Shown: one piece after another, positions 9,701-19,299 of the stretch
How positions within the stretch are numbered: the first letter of the stretch is position 1
Layout: each line of letters begins with the position of its first letter
Origin: a virus
Virus record (IMG/VR): IMGVR_UViG_3300028030_000007
Coordinates: 24,342-88,341 of that record
DNA: 64,000 nt
Direction: 5' to 3' (one strand)
Position numbers and translations under genes: made by a program
Notes under the pieces: generated by a model
What the model was told of the DNA's origin: nothing
Seen by the model: only the letters and a program-made list of their open reading frames with translations
Databases searched by the model: none

Positions 9701-11801
9701 TCAATCATCAACGATCCAATTGATGGCATTGTCCTCACTCATTCTTACATTAAACAATGTAAAGAGCGTATACAATGTGCATGAGGCTAGCGTAACATAT
9801 CATAATGCACCCGGTGGAACAAACCCGGTAACAGCTGCAAATGCCACTGATTTAGCTACATCTATTACGCTAGTTAATGACATCAAGTCTATGTTTAATA
9901 ATCATATAGTTGAAGCTGGCATTCACAAAACTGATGATTTGAACTCAATAACAACAGCTGATGCAACAGATCTTGGATCTGCTTGGCTGCTTGCCGCTGA
10001 AATAGTTGAATTATACAGTACACATATTGTATTAACAGTATATCATACTAATCCTGACACTACTGATGTCGTGTCTGTCTTCCTTGGTCAGTACGTAGCA
10101 GAAATTGGTGTACATGCTCATGATAACATGCTGAAATTAACATCACTAACGGATTCTGTTGAATCACAAGTTTATATCGGTAGTGGCCTAGCCAATGATG
10201 TCCTTGGTTTAACACAGGGTACTTATAGTAGACATCAACCTACTGCTGATGATATTATTAATTACCTTGATCCTAGTTCAAATATCATTTATCCTAGGGT
10301 TATACTTGGAACGAATGGCAAGTACATCGAGATTAACTCACTGACAACAGGAACATCATCGGCTCTCACCGTTAACTCTTTCGCTACATCAGCGTTCACC
10401 GATGAGTCCGGAATTGGATTCGTGCAAGGATCAACGAGTGATATTGGTGAAAACGCCACAATGGCCTACAACGTCGGATCATCTGACGCGGCACATGGGT
10501 CATCTGGTGTTGGCATTCCCGACCAGACTTACAAAGATGCAAGAACCGGTCTTACGTTTACCGTTCTCAAGCCTTCAACCGGTGATTACACGAACGGTGG
10601 ATCATTTACACTGATAGTGTCAGACACCGCTACTACTGACGCGGCGATCCCCGTTAAGTCAATTGCTGGTGTTGAGATGACGGTATCTGACACCACTGAT
10701 GTCGCGTTGAACTCAACGGCTATCGTTAAGACCTACAAGAAGAGTGGGTACGAGCCCGACATAGGCGATATTTACTACATCTCCTATGATTATGAAAAGA
10801 CTGACATGAGCCCGACTCTTGTTAATAGCACGAGCCAGATTCAATCTCAGTTCGGATCATCAGACACTACGAATCAACTTTCGTTAGCTGGTTCAATTGC
10901 TATGGCTAATGGGGCCGAATTAGTGGCGTTGGTTCAGGTTCAAAAATCGACCGGTTCAGAATCCGCTCCTTCAACGGCGTTCATGGCAGCGATCGATGAA
11001 CTTAACAAGCCGATCGATGGTTACAACAAGGTTGATGTGATCGTTCCTATGTCAACCGACACGTCGGTTTACAGTTACTTGAGCCGAAATTGTTCTGTGA
11101 TGTCATCGCCTAGAATGGCCAGTGAAAGAACCGGGATAATCGGCGTTGCAGCTGGAACCTCAGAATCAACAGTTAAGGCGCTTGCCAAGTCAATTAAGTC
11201 AGAGCTGATCACCCTGGTTTACCCGGACATGTTCATCGTAACCACTGTTGATTCCTATGGTAATCAAAGTGATAACCTAGTTGACGGAACTTACGCTGCT
11301 GTGGCAGTGGCTGGAATGTCCTGTAACCCACAGAATGACGTTGCCACACCGTGGACCAGGCAACGAATTTCTGGATTTAAGGGAATAGGAAGGTACATTG
11401 ATCAGGTTACTGCTAATAGCATAGCGGCAACCGGAATTACTGTTATCGAGGATAGCAGTAGCGGAATGATCATAAGGCATGGTCTTACGACTGATGTAAC
11501 TACTATTCTGACTAGAACTCCGACTGTTATCACGACGAAGCATTTCGTTCAGATTAAGCTGCGAGAAACCCTGGATCCTTACATAGGCTTGAAGCTTGAT
11601 GGATCGCTTCTGTCATCCGTTGATCGCTCAGTTAGGGATTTGTTTGAATACCTGATGTCGTCAAAGATCGTTAACACTACTGAGACGATAAACGTCGGTA
11701 TTGATGAATCGGACCCAACGATAATTATGGTTGAGGTGATATACTCACCTGTTCTTCCTGCTGAGTACATTGTTGCGACAATGCAGATTAAAACTAGGTA
11801 A
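6741..11801 (+). CDS. Contractile tail sheath protein, 1686 aa, with multiple inserted domains
   Basis: N-terminal YAPPGVYTRT...RIPAIIG. C-terminal sheath core: IQSQFG...LSLAGSIAMANGA, ERTGIIG, LITLVYPD, AAVAVAGMS...DVATPWTRQRISGF, IIRHGLTT, IYSPVLPAEYIVATM. AAGAGG Shine-Dalgarno. Confidence 0.9.
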   Translation: MGIGPYTTYAPPGVYTRTINEPTGGVSTGGVRIPAIIGTSVEYISQYNYEMIRGSSSVADTQVFNENVAYRWVTGGTDDNPKFGQQNGSLTKFRVANYPIVDGNGSGTVAINSSSISVTVNGEEVPVQSVNGSYGIVSLVAPTTTTDEVLVTYYFDRKDTQITDDVSDQVTSGVASLTSSKAESYEITSGTNENLYVKVDDTTDVTIPLTAGTRSAQQIVDDINLVSATTGLSATVHSDNNNENRVKLVATSNIEILSTTNNAAFALGFTSGQYSGRNLVFTVFNGPIVDGSDGGITTTDPTKVTVTINGSTVAASEVNGSTRAVTLPYAPASGSTVKITYYFNTFQDTFDYLPNSNILTINSVGIAPDNTDYTEGNDFVIVNDGDQSYIKWGTSALVFEGTTTGTKPFNTQETINLIDDRIYMEQCSDYTDPSTNTVSLVKFSLQSIPTTGNGRDTVLDSSTYNSVSNGRIGLTTDNPGLIKAYVGKDVIDAMSRSNVTIKSVDGSNGIIELVDAIPSGSKVFVTYWYNRISDDEYTLTCTTSGASGIGKYKITDKSGNTIYTTKFGSKSGMSKDVNWPSGVESTPDAFHSGGNPVNETVTVTFDNTIYPATHATITTDPGPFDIYSTKSIFGPILVDNATVAGANLGHGSVATYIGDLVDNPGSMSFTASDYLSITVDSIDIDPIALSSATSLANVAALIDTAISNDTQTHSDGSDIFAAGTVATLVTAVNELKANYNHHVSNEDNSGGHATPANDYHNNLGTAISTADATDWATAKALIDEIATAYELHRVDTPTLHAAADNTNKLDLTLTSDTPYDAVDKLNDIISKFNSHISNDSGVSGYHTNADTFNGVITTAVFSPNNLVDSITYGSQGFLVIKSNESSGSDYYVNVKINKPSGSGQSDASAKVGLDTTREANAYDWLAVDYPAFVYGTKTPSFNIQSLVSDSLSLGIDGLSFSVPLVTGSARSIRSVVDRVNASFVGATQSSTIQLMALSSLILTLNNVKSVYNVHEASVTYHNAPGGTNPVTAANATDLATSITLVNDIKSMFNNHIVEAGIHKTDDLNSITTADATDLGSAWLLAAEIVELYSTHIVLTVYHTNPDTTDVVSVFLGQYVAEIGVHAHDNMLKLTSLTDSVESQVYIGSGLANDVLGLTQGTYSRHQPTADDIINYLDPSSNIIYPRVILGTNGKYIEINSLTTGTSSALTVNSFATSAFTDESGIGFVQGSTSDIGENATMAYNVGSSDAAHGSSGVGIPDQTYKDARTGLTFTVLKPSTGDYTNGGSFTLIVSDTATTDAAIPVKSIAGVEMTVSDTTDVALNSTAIVKTYKKSGYEPDIGDIYYISYDYEKTDMSPTLVNSTSQIQSQFGSSDTTNQLSLAGSIAMANGAELVALVQVQKSTGSESAPSTAFMAAIDELNKPIDGYNKVDVIVPMSTDTSVYSYLSRNCSVMSSPRMASERTGIIGVAAGTSESTVKALAKSIKSELITLVYPDMFIVTTVDSYGNQSDNLVDGTYAAVAVAGMSCNPQNDVATPWTRQRISGFKGIGRYIDQVTANSIAATGITVIEDSSSGMIIRHGLTTDVTTILTRTPTVITTKHFVQIKLRETLDPYIGLKLDGSLLSSVDRSVRDLFEYLMSSKIVNTTETINVGIDESDPTIIMVEVIYSPVLPAEYIVATMQIKTR

Positions 11802-11814
11802 TAGAAAGTTAATC

Positions 11815-11853
11815 TACCCGGTTTAGTAGGAATTAAAACTACTAAACCGGGTA
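11815..11853. other. Perfect 15-bp inverted repeat just after the sheath stop (terminator, processing site or mRNA stabiliser)
   Basis: TACCCGGTTTAGTAG (11815-11829), 9-nt loop, CTACTAAACCGGGTA (11839-11853); no clear U-tract follows. Confidence 0.75.
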
Positions 11854-11887
11854 TGGTTATAAAGGCTATAACATTTCAGGAAATAAG

Positions 11888-12550
11888 ATGAAAAGAAGAA
11901 ATAAAAGAGTTTCATGCGGTGATTGGTACTCAGGTATGGGTCAGGGTCCTATGATGCCTCCCCGTGGTGGTAAAAGAGCCCCTGGTATGGGTCCTATGAT
12001 GCCTATGCAAGAAGAGCAGGTTCCAGAATTTCAGCCCGATCCTGATTATAGCAAGATCATGCAGCACGGACCGTTTGAGGCTGAGTCAAAGGGTGAATAC
12101 GCTGAGGTCAATGGCGAGCCTGTTGTGAATGAATTGGAATACAAGGATTCATTCGGAAATTACGAAGAGGGTCCTATGGTTCCTGAATTCCAGTCAATCG
12201 GTCCGGTTTCTCCCCTATCTGATAGACATGATTATGGATCCGACCCGATCGGTGACATGATGGTCGTGGCTTCAAGGGCCGCTAGAAATTATAGAAGAAT
12301 TGCTAGCGTGCTTTCAAAGCTCTATCAAATCCGCAAGTCAACTAAGGGCAATCGACGCATGGCTTCCGATGTCAGTAACATGACGAAAAAGGTTGCTGGC
12401 CTTTTCTCCCTTATAGACACTGTTGATGACCTTGATCGTCCGTTGGATGAAATCGAACGCGCCGTTCATTCAATGTATGGAGATCAGTCAAAGAATTCGA
12501 CTTTTTACCTCAAGAGAAGAGGTAAGGGTCATCTTGAAGACAAGGAATAA
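11888..12550 (+). CDS. Hypothetical protein between sheath and tube, Pro/Met-rich N-terminal half, several R-x-A motifs
   Basis: 220-aa ORF with CAGGA Shine-Dalgarno. Confidence 0.7.
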   Translation: MKRRNKRVSCGDWYSGMGQGPMMPPRGGKRAPGMGPMMPMQEEQVPEFQPDPDYSKIMQHGPFEAESKGEYAEVNGEPVVNELEYKDSFGNYEEGPMVPEFQSIGPVSPLSDRHDYGSDPIGDMMVVASRAARNYRRIASVLSKLYQIRKSTKGNRRMASDVSNMTKKVAGLFSLIDTVDDLDRPLDEIERAVHSMYGDQSKNSTFYLKRRGKGHLEDKE

Positions 12551-12556
12551 ACTCTG

Positions 12557-12784
12557 ATGGACTTGAATGAATCAATAAAAAACCTTGATAAATTCAAGTT
12601 AAACCCTGGTTTGGCTCTTCACCATTATGACAAAGAGCCAAACTGGAGGCCAGAGTCTATCCCCGCTCCTTTTGTTGACGATTACAAACCAACAAAGCTA
12701 TCATATATTAATAGTGAGCCTTTTGTTGAATTTGAATACGAAGGAGACATATGGGCGCAAAAGTTGCCTAACGAACAGCTCTAA
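12557..12784 (+). CDS. Hypothetical protein
   Basis: 75-aa ORF with AAGGA upstream, filling the gap. Confidence 0.6.
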   Translation: MDLNESIKNLDKFKLNPGLALHHYDKEPNWRPESIPAPFVDDYKPTKLSYINSEPFVEFEYEGDIWAQKLPNEQL

Positions 12785-12802
12785 AATGTAAAAGGGAACG
12801 AA

Positions 12803-13501
12803 ATGAGAACACAAGACAAATCCTACATCTACTACAAAGGCGCATCACCTAACACTAGGGTAGCACTTTCACAAAAAAACAAGATTTACTCAAAGCCTTA
12901 TGGCAGTAGTAAAATCTTGCAGATAGGCGTAGTTTCTTCATTCAGTTATAATGAGTCAAGAAACATCAGCCCAGTGAGAGGTGTCGGATTTGGCGATCGT
13001 CTTCAGGATCTTGTCCCCTCAGTGACTGAGCCTGTTAACATTTCGATGAATCGAACCCTGCTTTACACTTCTTCCATCGCTCAGGAAGTTGGTTATAAGG
13101 GCGGCTCTGACGGTATTGTTCGTTCCCTTCGTCATCATAAATGGCCGTTTGACATAAGGTCTGAGCTTGTTTTCTCAGAGCTTGTTATGAACACTGACTA
13201 CAATGACATGGACCCGTCATTCAAATCAAAGTCATTCGCTACGGACTCTGATCAGATGGCAGGGAACAACATCGGTGGTGGCGTGTTAGCCATCATAACT
13301 ATGCTCCATACTTGTTGGTTCAGTTCCCTTAGCGTTAACTTCACGTCAGACAATAGCACTGTTGCTGAAGACGCTAACGCTGTCGCTATGGATATCACCG
13401 ATGGCGTGACATCAATCATTGAATACAACGATCTGCTCGAATCCGGTAATAACCCATTTAATGGGGATAAAGCTTACGCCGGTTGGTACAAGCAGTCATA
13501 A
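12803..13501 (+). CDS. Tail tube protein
   Basis: Follows the sheath. IGVVSSFSYNESRNISPVRGVG...LVPSVT...ISMNRTLLY...PFDI...CWFSSLSVNF matches the myophage tube pattern. Confidence 0.8.
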   Translation: MRTQDKSYIYYKGASPNTRVALSQKNKIYSKPYGSSKILQIGVVSSFSYNESRNISPVRGVGFGDRLQDLVPSVTEPVNISMNRTLLYTSSIAQEVGYKGGSDGIVRSLRHHKWPFDIRSELVFSELVMNTDYNDMDPSFKSKSFATDSDQMAGNNIGGGVLAIITMLHTCWFSSLSVNFTSDNSTVAEDANAVAMDITDGVTSIIEYNDLLESGNNPFNGDKAYAGWYKQS

Positions 13502-13519
13502 CATACCTCACTTCAATCA

Positions 13520-13527
13520 TGTATAGT
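13520..13527 (+). promoter_or_regulatory. TGTANNNT motif, 5 nt before ATG 13533
   Basis: TGTATAGT-atcac-ATG with no Shine-Dalgarno. Confidence 0.6.
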
Positions 13528-13532
13528 ATCAC

Positions 13533-14231
13533 ATGATTGACATACAACTCCTCGAACAACTCGACAAATCAATTTCAAACATAGGCACATCAGTCATTTG
13601 GAAACAAAAGATTGGTGACATAACCGTTTGGTTATCTCCTATATCGTTTGAAAATCAACAAAAAATCACTAGCAGGATAAGTGAATCTGATAATACGATG
13701 GAAATCGTGTTTGATGTGAAACGTATAACACTATCTTACGCTATAGTCGGACTCAATGATGTAGACTTAACGCCATACACCAACGAAGAGCCGAATTTCA
13801 AAATTTATAATAAGAAGATAAAAAAGGACGTTAACGTTCCTCTTCATACTTATATCTATGAAAAGATAATGACCTGGTCGTCAGAGTATGTTGATAAAAC
13901 ATTTTCAGTATACTCAACTTTGTTGGATAGTTATAAGGATAAAATATCAACAGATGTTAAATTCGATGACGTAAAAGATCCACAGGATGAACTCAATGAG
14001 CTTGAGTTCAGAATCAACGAGCTTCGTTTGAAGTTAAACATGAAACCCATTAATTTCCAATCATATAACGAGCAAGAACAAGAAGACGCCACGAAAAGCG
14101 ATTTTGACCCGTTCAAGCCCGTAAATAGCAAAAAAGGCGAAGAGGCCGAGGAAGATACCACGGAAGCCAAGAACGATACCATAGAAAAACCAAACCCCGA
14201 TCAGCCGACTGAAAATATAAGATTCAAATAA
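13533..14231 (+). CDS. Putative tail assembly chaperone 1
   Basis: Between tube and tape measure; LSPIS...LSYAIVGLNDVDL...SEYVDKTFSVYSTL pattern. Confidence 0.6.
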   Translation: MIDIQLLEQLDKSISNIGTSVIWKQKIGDITVWLSPISFENQQKITSRISESDNTMEIVFDVKRITLSYAIVGLNDVDLTPYTNEEPNFKIYNKKIKKDVNVPLHTYIYEKIMTWSSEYVDKTFSVYSTLLDSYKDKISTDVKFDDVKDPQDELNELEFRINELRLKLNMKPINFQSYNEQEQEDATKSDFDPFKPVNSKKGEEAEEDTTEAKNDTIEKPNPDQPTENIRFK

Positions 14232-14234
14232 AAG

Positions 14235-15224
14235 TTGGTCGATAAAAAAGACATAGTAATAGATATACCCGATGATTCAACTGTTGTTGGTCAAGAGGTA
14301 TGGGATGGAATCGAAGAGTATATAACTAACGGTTTTTTATACTCTAAGGGGATGATACTAGGGAAACCATTTGTAATTAAAAGTATCAATCATAATGAGA
14401 TCAAAAATATAAATCTAAGGATACCGCTTAATTACGATATAGTTAAACGAAAAAATTTACACCTTTCCATTTTGATATCATACGGGATATTTATGTATGA
14501 TGGATATAATATGCTAATAAATAGAGAAGACAATATTTATAAATTAGTTCAAACAATAAATAAACTTCCTGAAAAGTTAAAATATGAGATAGTTTTTGGT
14601 ATAAACTCTCTTAACATGAAAGCGTCAAGACTCCATCCACTTGTTGAGTTTTACGTAAAAGAAAATAGGTCAAAATATCTTTGGTATATAGTAAAGAATA
14701 ATGGATCAATAAATCAGGTTATCAATGGTATACAGGGGACTGATAATATAGGACTTAATTATACACAAATGTCATGGATAGCCTTAAATGAAATAGATGA
14801 TATAAAACAAATTAACGATGTTAACTGGGAACACTCAAAGTTTGTTGGATCATGTCTAGCCTCAGATGGCGTAAAACAAATAAACGAACAGGAAAGATCA
14901 AAAAGACAATTCGATGAACAAGAGTTTGATGACAAAAGAAACGCGGCAATAAATACGTATATGAGAAGAAAAAATAATGACCAGTTCATGCCGGTCATTG
15001 AACTTCCTGACGGTAGAACGGCGGTCGTTGAAGGAAGATACAACGCCATGAGTTCAAAGGAACTCGCTGAACAAATGAGGATGGCTTTAGTCGGTGAAAA
15101 AGACTATCATGATATGATGATACAGAAGTATATAGAGCAAAAGAGAGCCGAACTAAATAAAAAGAAAAAGAAGTCAATGGCCAGTAGAATATTCAAATCT
15201 GCTATTGATAAAATAAAAAAGTAA
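14235..15224 (+). CDS. Putative tail assembly chaperone 2 (TTG start)
   Basis: Immediately before the tape measure; ISYGIFMYDGYNM resembles the LSYAIVGLND segment of chaperone 1. Confidence 0.55.
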   Translation: MVDKKDIVIDIPDDSTVVGQEVWDGIEEYITNGFLYSKGMILGKPFVIKSINHNEIKNINLRIPLNYDIVKRKNLHLSILISYGIFMYDGYNMLINREDNIYKLVQTINKLPEKLKYEIVFGINSLNMKASRLHPLVEFYVKENRSKYLWYIVKNNGSINQVINGIQGTDNIGLNYTQMSWIALNEIDDIKQINDVNWEHSKFVGSCLASDGVKQINEQERSKRQFDEQEFDDKRNAAINTYMRRKNNDQFMPVIELPDGRTAVVEGRYNAMSSKELAEQMRMALVGEKDYHDMMIQKYIEQKRAELNKKKKKSMASRIFKSAIDKIKK

Positions 15225-15275
15225 ATATTTATAACCTTGTGTATATAGGATCAATCTGTACTGATGGGACTATAA

Positions 15276-18200
15276 ATGGCTGATAATACATCAAATATTA
15301 CCGTAGGCGTTGGATTTAATGTCGATCAGACTCAATTCAATGATATAATAAAACAAGTAAATAGTATCGGCGATGCGATGAGTAGAGGGATGTCAGATTC
15401 CCTTTCTGAATCGAGTAAATTGTTAAGTGATTTGGCTAAAGTTAGTTCAACTATGGGTCAAGTCATGAATATGGCTAAAAATATAGAACACGCTAGCGCC
15501 GCGTTCGGAAGAAGACTCGATGAAACATCACGAAAGGAGCTTGAGGTAGCTAGAAAAAAGGCCAAAGAATATGAAAAAATGGCGAAAGAGCTTCGTGATG
15601 TAGCTGAAAAAAGTTCAAAAACGAGTGATCCATCTAGAAAAGCTGAGTATGGAAGACAGATGGAACAGCTTATGAAAAGCTTGGATAAGCTCGGTAAAGA
15701 CATGAGGTTGAATGACAAAACGTTAAAGAAATTAACAAAACAATATGATAAGATGTCTCGCAGATATGGAAATCTAAAAGACGTCGTTGATAACACATCA
15801 GTCAGTAAAACAATATCGGAATCATTTAAGAAACTTGATCTAGGTAATCTTAGCTCGATGTCACCGGAAAAACTGGGCGGATTTATGAAATCCGCTGCTG
15901 AGGGTAGCGCGAAGAATATCATAAAGATGATGGGGAAGGGGAAAGTAAATAAGGTTGAAGCAGCAGGCGGTATTGAGACTACTGAGGGGGCTGCAGCAGC
16001 AGGAGAAATGAGTGGGGCAATAGAAGCATTAGGGACCGCTGTGGCTGGTTTATCGGCTGGTGTTGCTTTATTCGCGGTTTTTGTTAAGTTAGTAGCTGAT
16101 GCATCTGAATCTATGACAAAGCTTAATAAGGCTTTAGTTGAGGGTCATGGATTTGCAAGAGATATGAATGGTACAGCTCAAGATTACTCAAAGAGTCTTG
16201 AAAACATAAGAAGCGCCACGATAGCTATTAACAGTGAGCTAGGCGCTACGTTCCAACAGCAAAGTGCGGACGTAATGAAGACTGTTAAGTCATACATGGA
16301 TAAAACGTCTTCATCACTTCATGGCGTTTCTGACGCGATGGAAGAAATAGGAAGAGGGAAGGGGCAAGAGGCGTTAGAAAGAGGCATTAAATCATTTTAT
16401 ACAAAAGCCGCGTCGTATGGTATGGCTCTTGGGAAGTCTGCTCAAGATGTTGCGGCCATGATGGGATCTTTCGAAACTTCAATGGGACTGTCGCACAAGT
16501 CAGTAGACAAACTCATGAAAAAAGTTGTCATTTTCGCTAGAGATGCGAGAATGCCGATGGAAAATTTTATGGACATATTTAAAAATGTCATACCATCAGT
16601 CGATCTTTATAGGAACCGACTCGATGAACTTACTGCTACGATCGTTAACCTATCAAGAAACATGAGCCCTGATGCAGTAAAACAGTTCATGGACGCATTT
16701 GCCAATGGTTTTAAGGGACAATCGTTCATGGAACGTCTTCATACAGTGTTTACAGCTGGACCTAAAAATGTTCAAAGTGCGTTAACTGAAGATGTAAAAC
16801 TTAAAGCTCAACATATAAGTAATGACATAAAAGAATTAATAAAAGGAAAAAAAGGAGATCAATTCGCAGTAGCACTAAAAAAAGCTATAGAAAGTGGTAA
16901 TGCGAAAAGAACAAGGGATGTGATAGCACAGATACAAGATTCAACAAATGGTAAACTTAATGGGGCGATGATAGAAAAAGCTACGAAAGCTACATATTAT
17001 GCTAAAAATGTTGCATCTGGCAGTCCACTTAATATGGCCACAGCAATGAAAGATACCGGCATGTATGGTATGTATAAAATACTTGAGAAAAAAGCTGGTA
17101 ACTTTGGTGTAAACATTGAAAACATAGCTGGTTTGAATGAACATGTTTTGGACAAACTTGGTATTAACAAACAAATGCAAGAAGCTCTTCAAAATTTCAG
17201 AAGATCCGTTCTTCAGTATAAGGAAAACATATCAACAGCAGGAACAACAGGAAGCAAATCTCTCAACGAGATGATACTTAAGGTGATGAAAGATAGAGGG
17301 GCTAAAAATATTGATTTGAGTAAAGCTACCGTCGATGATATAACAAAAGCAACATCAATGTCTCAACAAGACTTAACAGAAAGGCAGCAAAGAGCGGCGG
17401 CAGAGGCTAAAGATTTCTCAAGAGAACAAACAAATGCTTTAAACTCAATAATGGATATGATCAAGAATCAAATCACATATATGTTGGAAAAAATGTATGG
17501 CGTACTTAATCAGATAGCTGAATGGGCCAAAGGTATATTCTCATGGTTTAGTAGTGATAAAAGTAAACAAGAAGAAATGAGAAATCAAAAAAAGTCACTG
17601 GATGACTATTTTGGTGGTATTAAGAATGCAGTCGGTGGTGATCAAAATGCAATTCGTAGAGCTGAATCTATAAAATCATCACTTACAGATGATATTAACT
17701 CTGGCATGAGTAAGGATGAAATTTTATTTAAGCATAGAGGGATAATTAAAAAGTCAATTGCATCTAAAAGTGATGAAGAATTATTGAAAGACTATAATAG
17801 ACTTAGAAAAAGTAAGGGTGAAACATTATTAAAAAATACAAAAGAGATGAATAGAAAGGGTGCAATAAAAGAGTTAAATAAATCAATAGATAGTGGCAAT
17901 GAAGATGTATTAGGTAAAGTATATAACGCTGGTGATTTGTTGAATATGTATATGTATGATAAAAATGGTTTGACTCCTGATATGGCTGAAAAGTTAAAGG
18001 ATAGAACAACATTTAAAAGACCTGGCGCTAAGAGTATCAAGGAACATGAAAAAGGTCCTGAAGGTTTAGGCAAAGGATCTGATAGGGATGATAGTGATTG
18101 GAGAGGAACAGGAACTGGACTGGATGAGATCACTAAGGCAAAAAGTGCTACAGGATCAGCGACAGTAACACAAAAAGAACTTAAGACACAAAGCGTTTCA

Positions 18201-18761
18201 GGTGGCGCGCTGAATGCCCAACCGGCAACTCAGTCAAGAGCGGAAGAAACCGGTAAAAAGTCACTTGAAGAGTCAAAGAAGACTAAAAAGATAAATGAAA
18301 AACAAGAAAAGCATCTGAAGAAAACTCAGGATGCTATGGTTAGTTTGAATAAAAATATAAATAAAATAATGTATAGTAGTGTATATGCTGCTGTTAGCAA
18401 AGCATTACAGGAATATCTAGTAATGAAATTGGCCGCAGAGGATGAAAATAGTCCGATAAGAACATATATAAATGAAAATTTTGAGGCTTTGCAAACAGAT
18501 CCTACATACAAGGGATGGTATAAATCTGCAAATCAGGCTATGTCAAAACCTAAAGATAGTAAAGATGGTGGTGGTATAATTCCAGAAACTGGTTTATATA
18601 AATTAAATAAGGGTGAAAAAGTTATAACACAAATGGGTGCTGGTTATGGACAGAGTAATAATGTTAATGTTACTATTCACGTTAACGGCGCTCAGGACCC
18701 GACTGAGGTGTCAAGACAAATAAAGAGCACACTACTCAACATTTCATCTAAGGGTAACTGA
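15276..18761 (+). CDS. Tape measure protein
   Basis: Long helical Ala/Gly/Lys-rich protein with a hydrophobic segment (ALGTAVAGLSAGVALFAVFV). C-terminal DGGGIIPETGLYKLNKGEKVI and VNVTIHVNG are typical; position is canonical. Confidence 0.85.
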   Translation: MADNTSNITVGVGFNVDQTQFNDIIKQVNSIGDAMSRGMSDSLSESSKLLSDLAKVSSTMGQVMNMAKNIEHASAAFGRRLDETSRKELEVARKKAKEYEKMAKELRDVAEKSSKTSDPSRKAEYGRQMEQLMKSLDKLGKDMRLNDKTLKKLTKQYDKMSRRYGNLKDVVDNTSVSKTISESFKKLDLGNLSSMSPEKLGGFMKSAAEGSAKNIIKMMGKGKVNKVEAAGGIETTEGAAAAGEMSGAIEALGTAVAGLSAGVALFAVFVKLVADASESMTKLNKALVEGHGFARDMNGTAQDYSKSLENIRSATIAINSELGATFQQQSADVMKTVKSYMDKTSSSLHGVSDAMEEIGRGKGQEALERGIKSFYTKAASYGMALGKSAQDVAAMMGSFETSMGLSHKSVDKLMKKVVIFARDARMPMENFMDIFKNVIPSVDLYRNRLDELTATIVNLSRNMSPDAVKQFMDAFANGFKGQSFMERLHTVFTAGPKNVQSALTEDVKLKAQHISNDIKELIKGKKGDQFAVALKKAIESGNAKRTRDVIAQIQDSTNGKLNGAMIEKATKATYYAKNVASGSPLNMATAMKDTGMYGMYKILEKKAGNFGVNIENIAGLNEHVLDKLGINKQMQEALQNFRRSVLQYKENISTAGTTGSKSLNEMILKVMKDRGAKNIDLSKATVDDITKATSMSQQDLTERQQRAAAEAKDFSREQTNALNSIMDMIKNQITYMLEKMYGVLNQIAEWAKGIFSWFSSDKSKQEEMRNQKKSLDDYFGGIKNAVGGDQNAIRRAESIKSSLTDDINSGMSKDEILFKHRGIIKKSIASKSDEELLKDYNRLRKSKGETLLKNTKEMNRKGAIKELNKSIDSGNEDVLGKVYNAGDLLNMYMYDKNGLTPDMAEKLKDRTTFKRPGAKSIKEHEKGPEGLGKGSDRDDSDWRGTGTGLDEITKAKSATGSATVTQKELKTQSVSGGALNAQPATQSRAEETGKKSLEESKKTKKINEKQEKHLKKTQDAMVSLNKNINKIMYSSVYAAVSKALQEYLVMKLAAEDENSPIRTYINENFEALQTDPTYKGWYKSANQAMSKPKDSKDGGGIIPETGLYKLNKGEKVITQMGAGYGQSNNVNVTIHVNGAQDPTEVSRQIKSTLLNISSKGN

Positions 18762-18762
18762 G

Positions 18763-19299
18763 ATGTCGCAGTCTATAATAACTAACGTACAGGACGGGGT
18801 AGAAGACGCCAGAGGTTATATAATGATGGCGTTCCAATTAGCGAAGATTGGAACAGTAACGGAACCGCTTTCACCATATACTCTGATACTAAAAGCATCA
18901 CCTAACTCATTCTCAGAGTCCATGTCAAAATCAAAGAGTGTTGCTGTGACAAAGGGAGGGTACGTTGAATTTCTTTGGGCAGATGAACTCGATTCAGTTT
19001 CCGCTTCCGGTAGTACTGGGGCATTTATAGGTCCCGAGTTTGGCTTAAACAACGTCCACAAAAATGAATCGATAGCATATAAGAAATACAAACAATTGAT
19101 AAAAATTTATGAAAATAATGGTCAAATATTTAATAATAATGGTACACCAACTATAAGAACATCAGTAATAATGATATATGATAGAGGTATATATAACGGT
19201 CATTTTAAGAGTTTTGACGTATCTGAAGATTCAAACGTTCCCTATGCTTTTAATCTGAGTTGGACATTCGTTATAGATAATCATAGGATGTATAAATGA
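18763..19299 (+). CDS. Baseplate tube-initiator protein (T4 gp48/gp54-like)
   Basis: Directly after the tape measure; LKASPNSFSES...TKGGYVEFLW...IYDRGIYNGHFKSFDVSED...AFNLSWTFVI. Confidence 0.65.
   Translation: MSQSIITNVQDGVEDARGYIMMAFQLAKIGTVTEPLSPYTLILKASPNSFSESMSKSKSVAVTKGGYVEFLWADELDSVSASGSTGAFIGPEFGLNNVHKNESIAYKKYKQLIKIYENNGQIFNNNGTPTIRTSVIMIYDRGIYNGHFKSFDVSEDSNVPYAFNLSWTFVIDNHRMYK

Noticed and set aside
14126-14140. AAAAAAG -1 slippery site in chaperone 1
   Set aside because: Phase is AGC AAA AAA GGC, not A AAA AAG, and the downstream chaperone is in frame 0, so a -1 shift would not fuse them.
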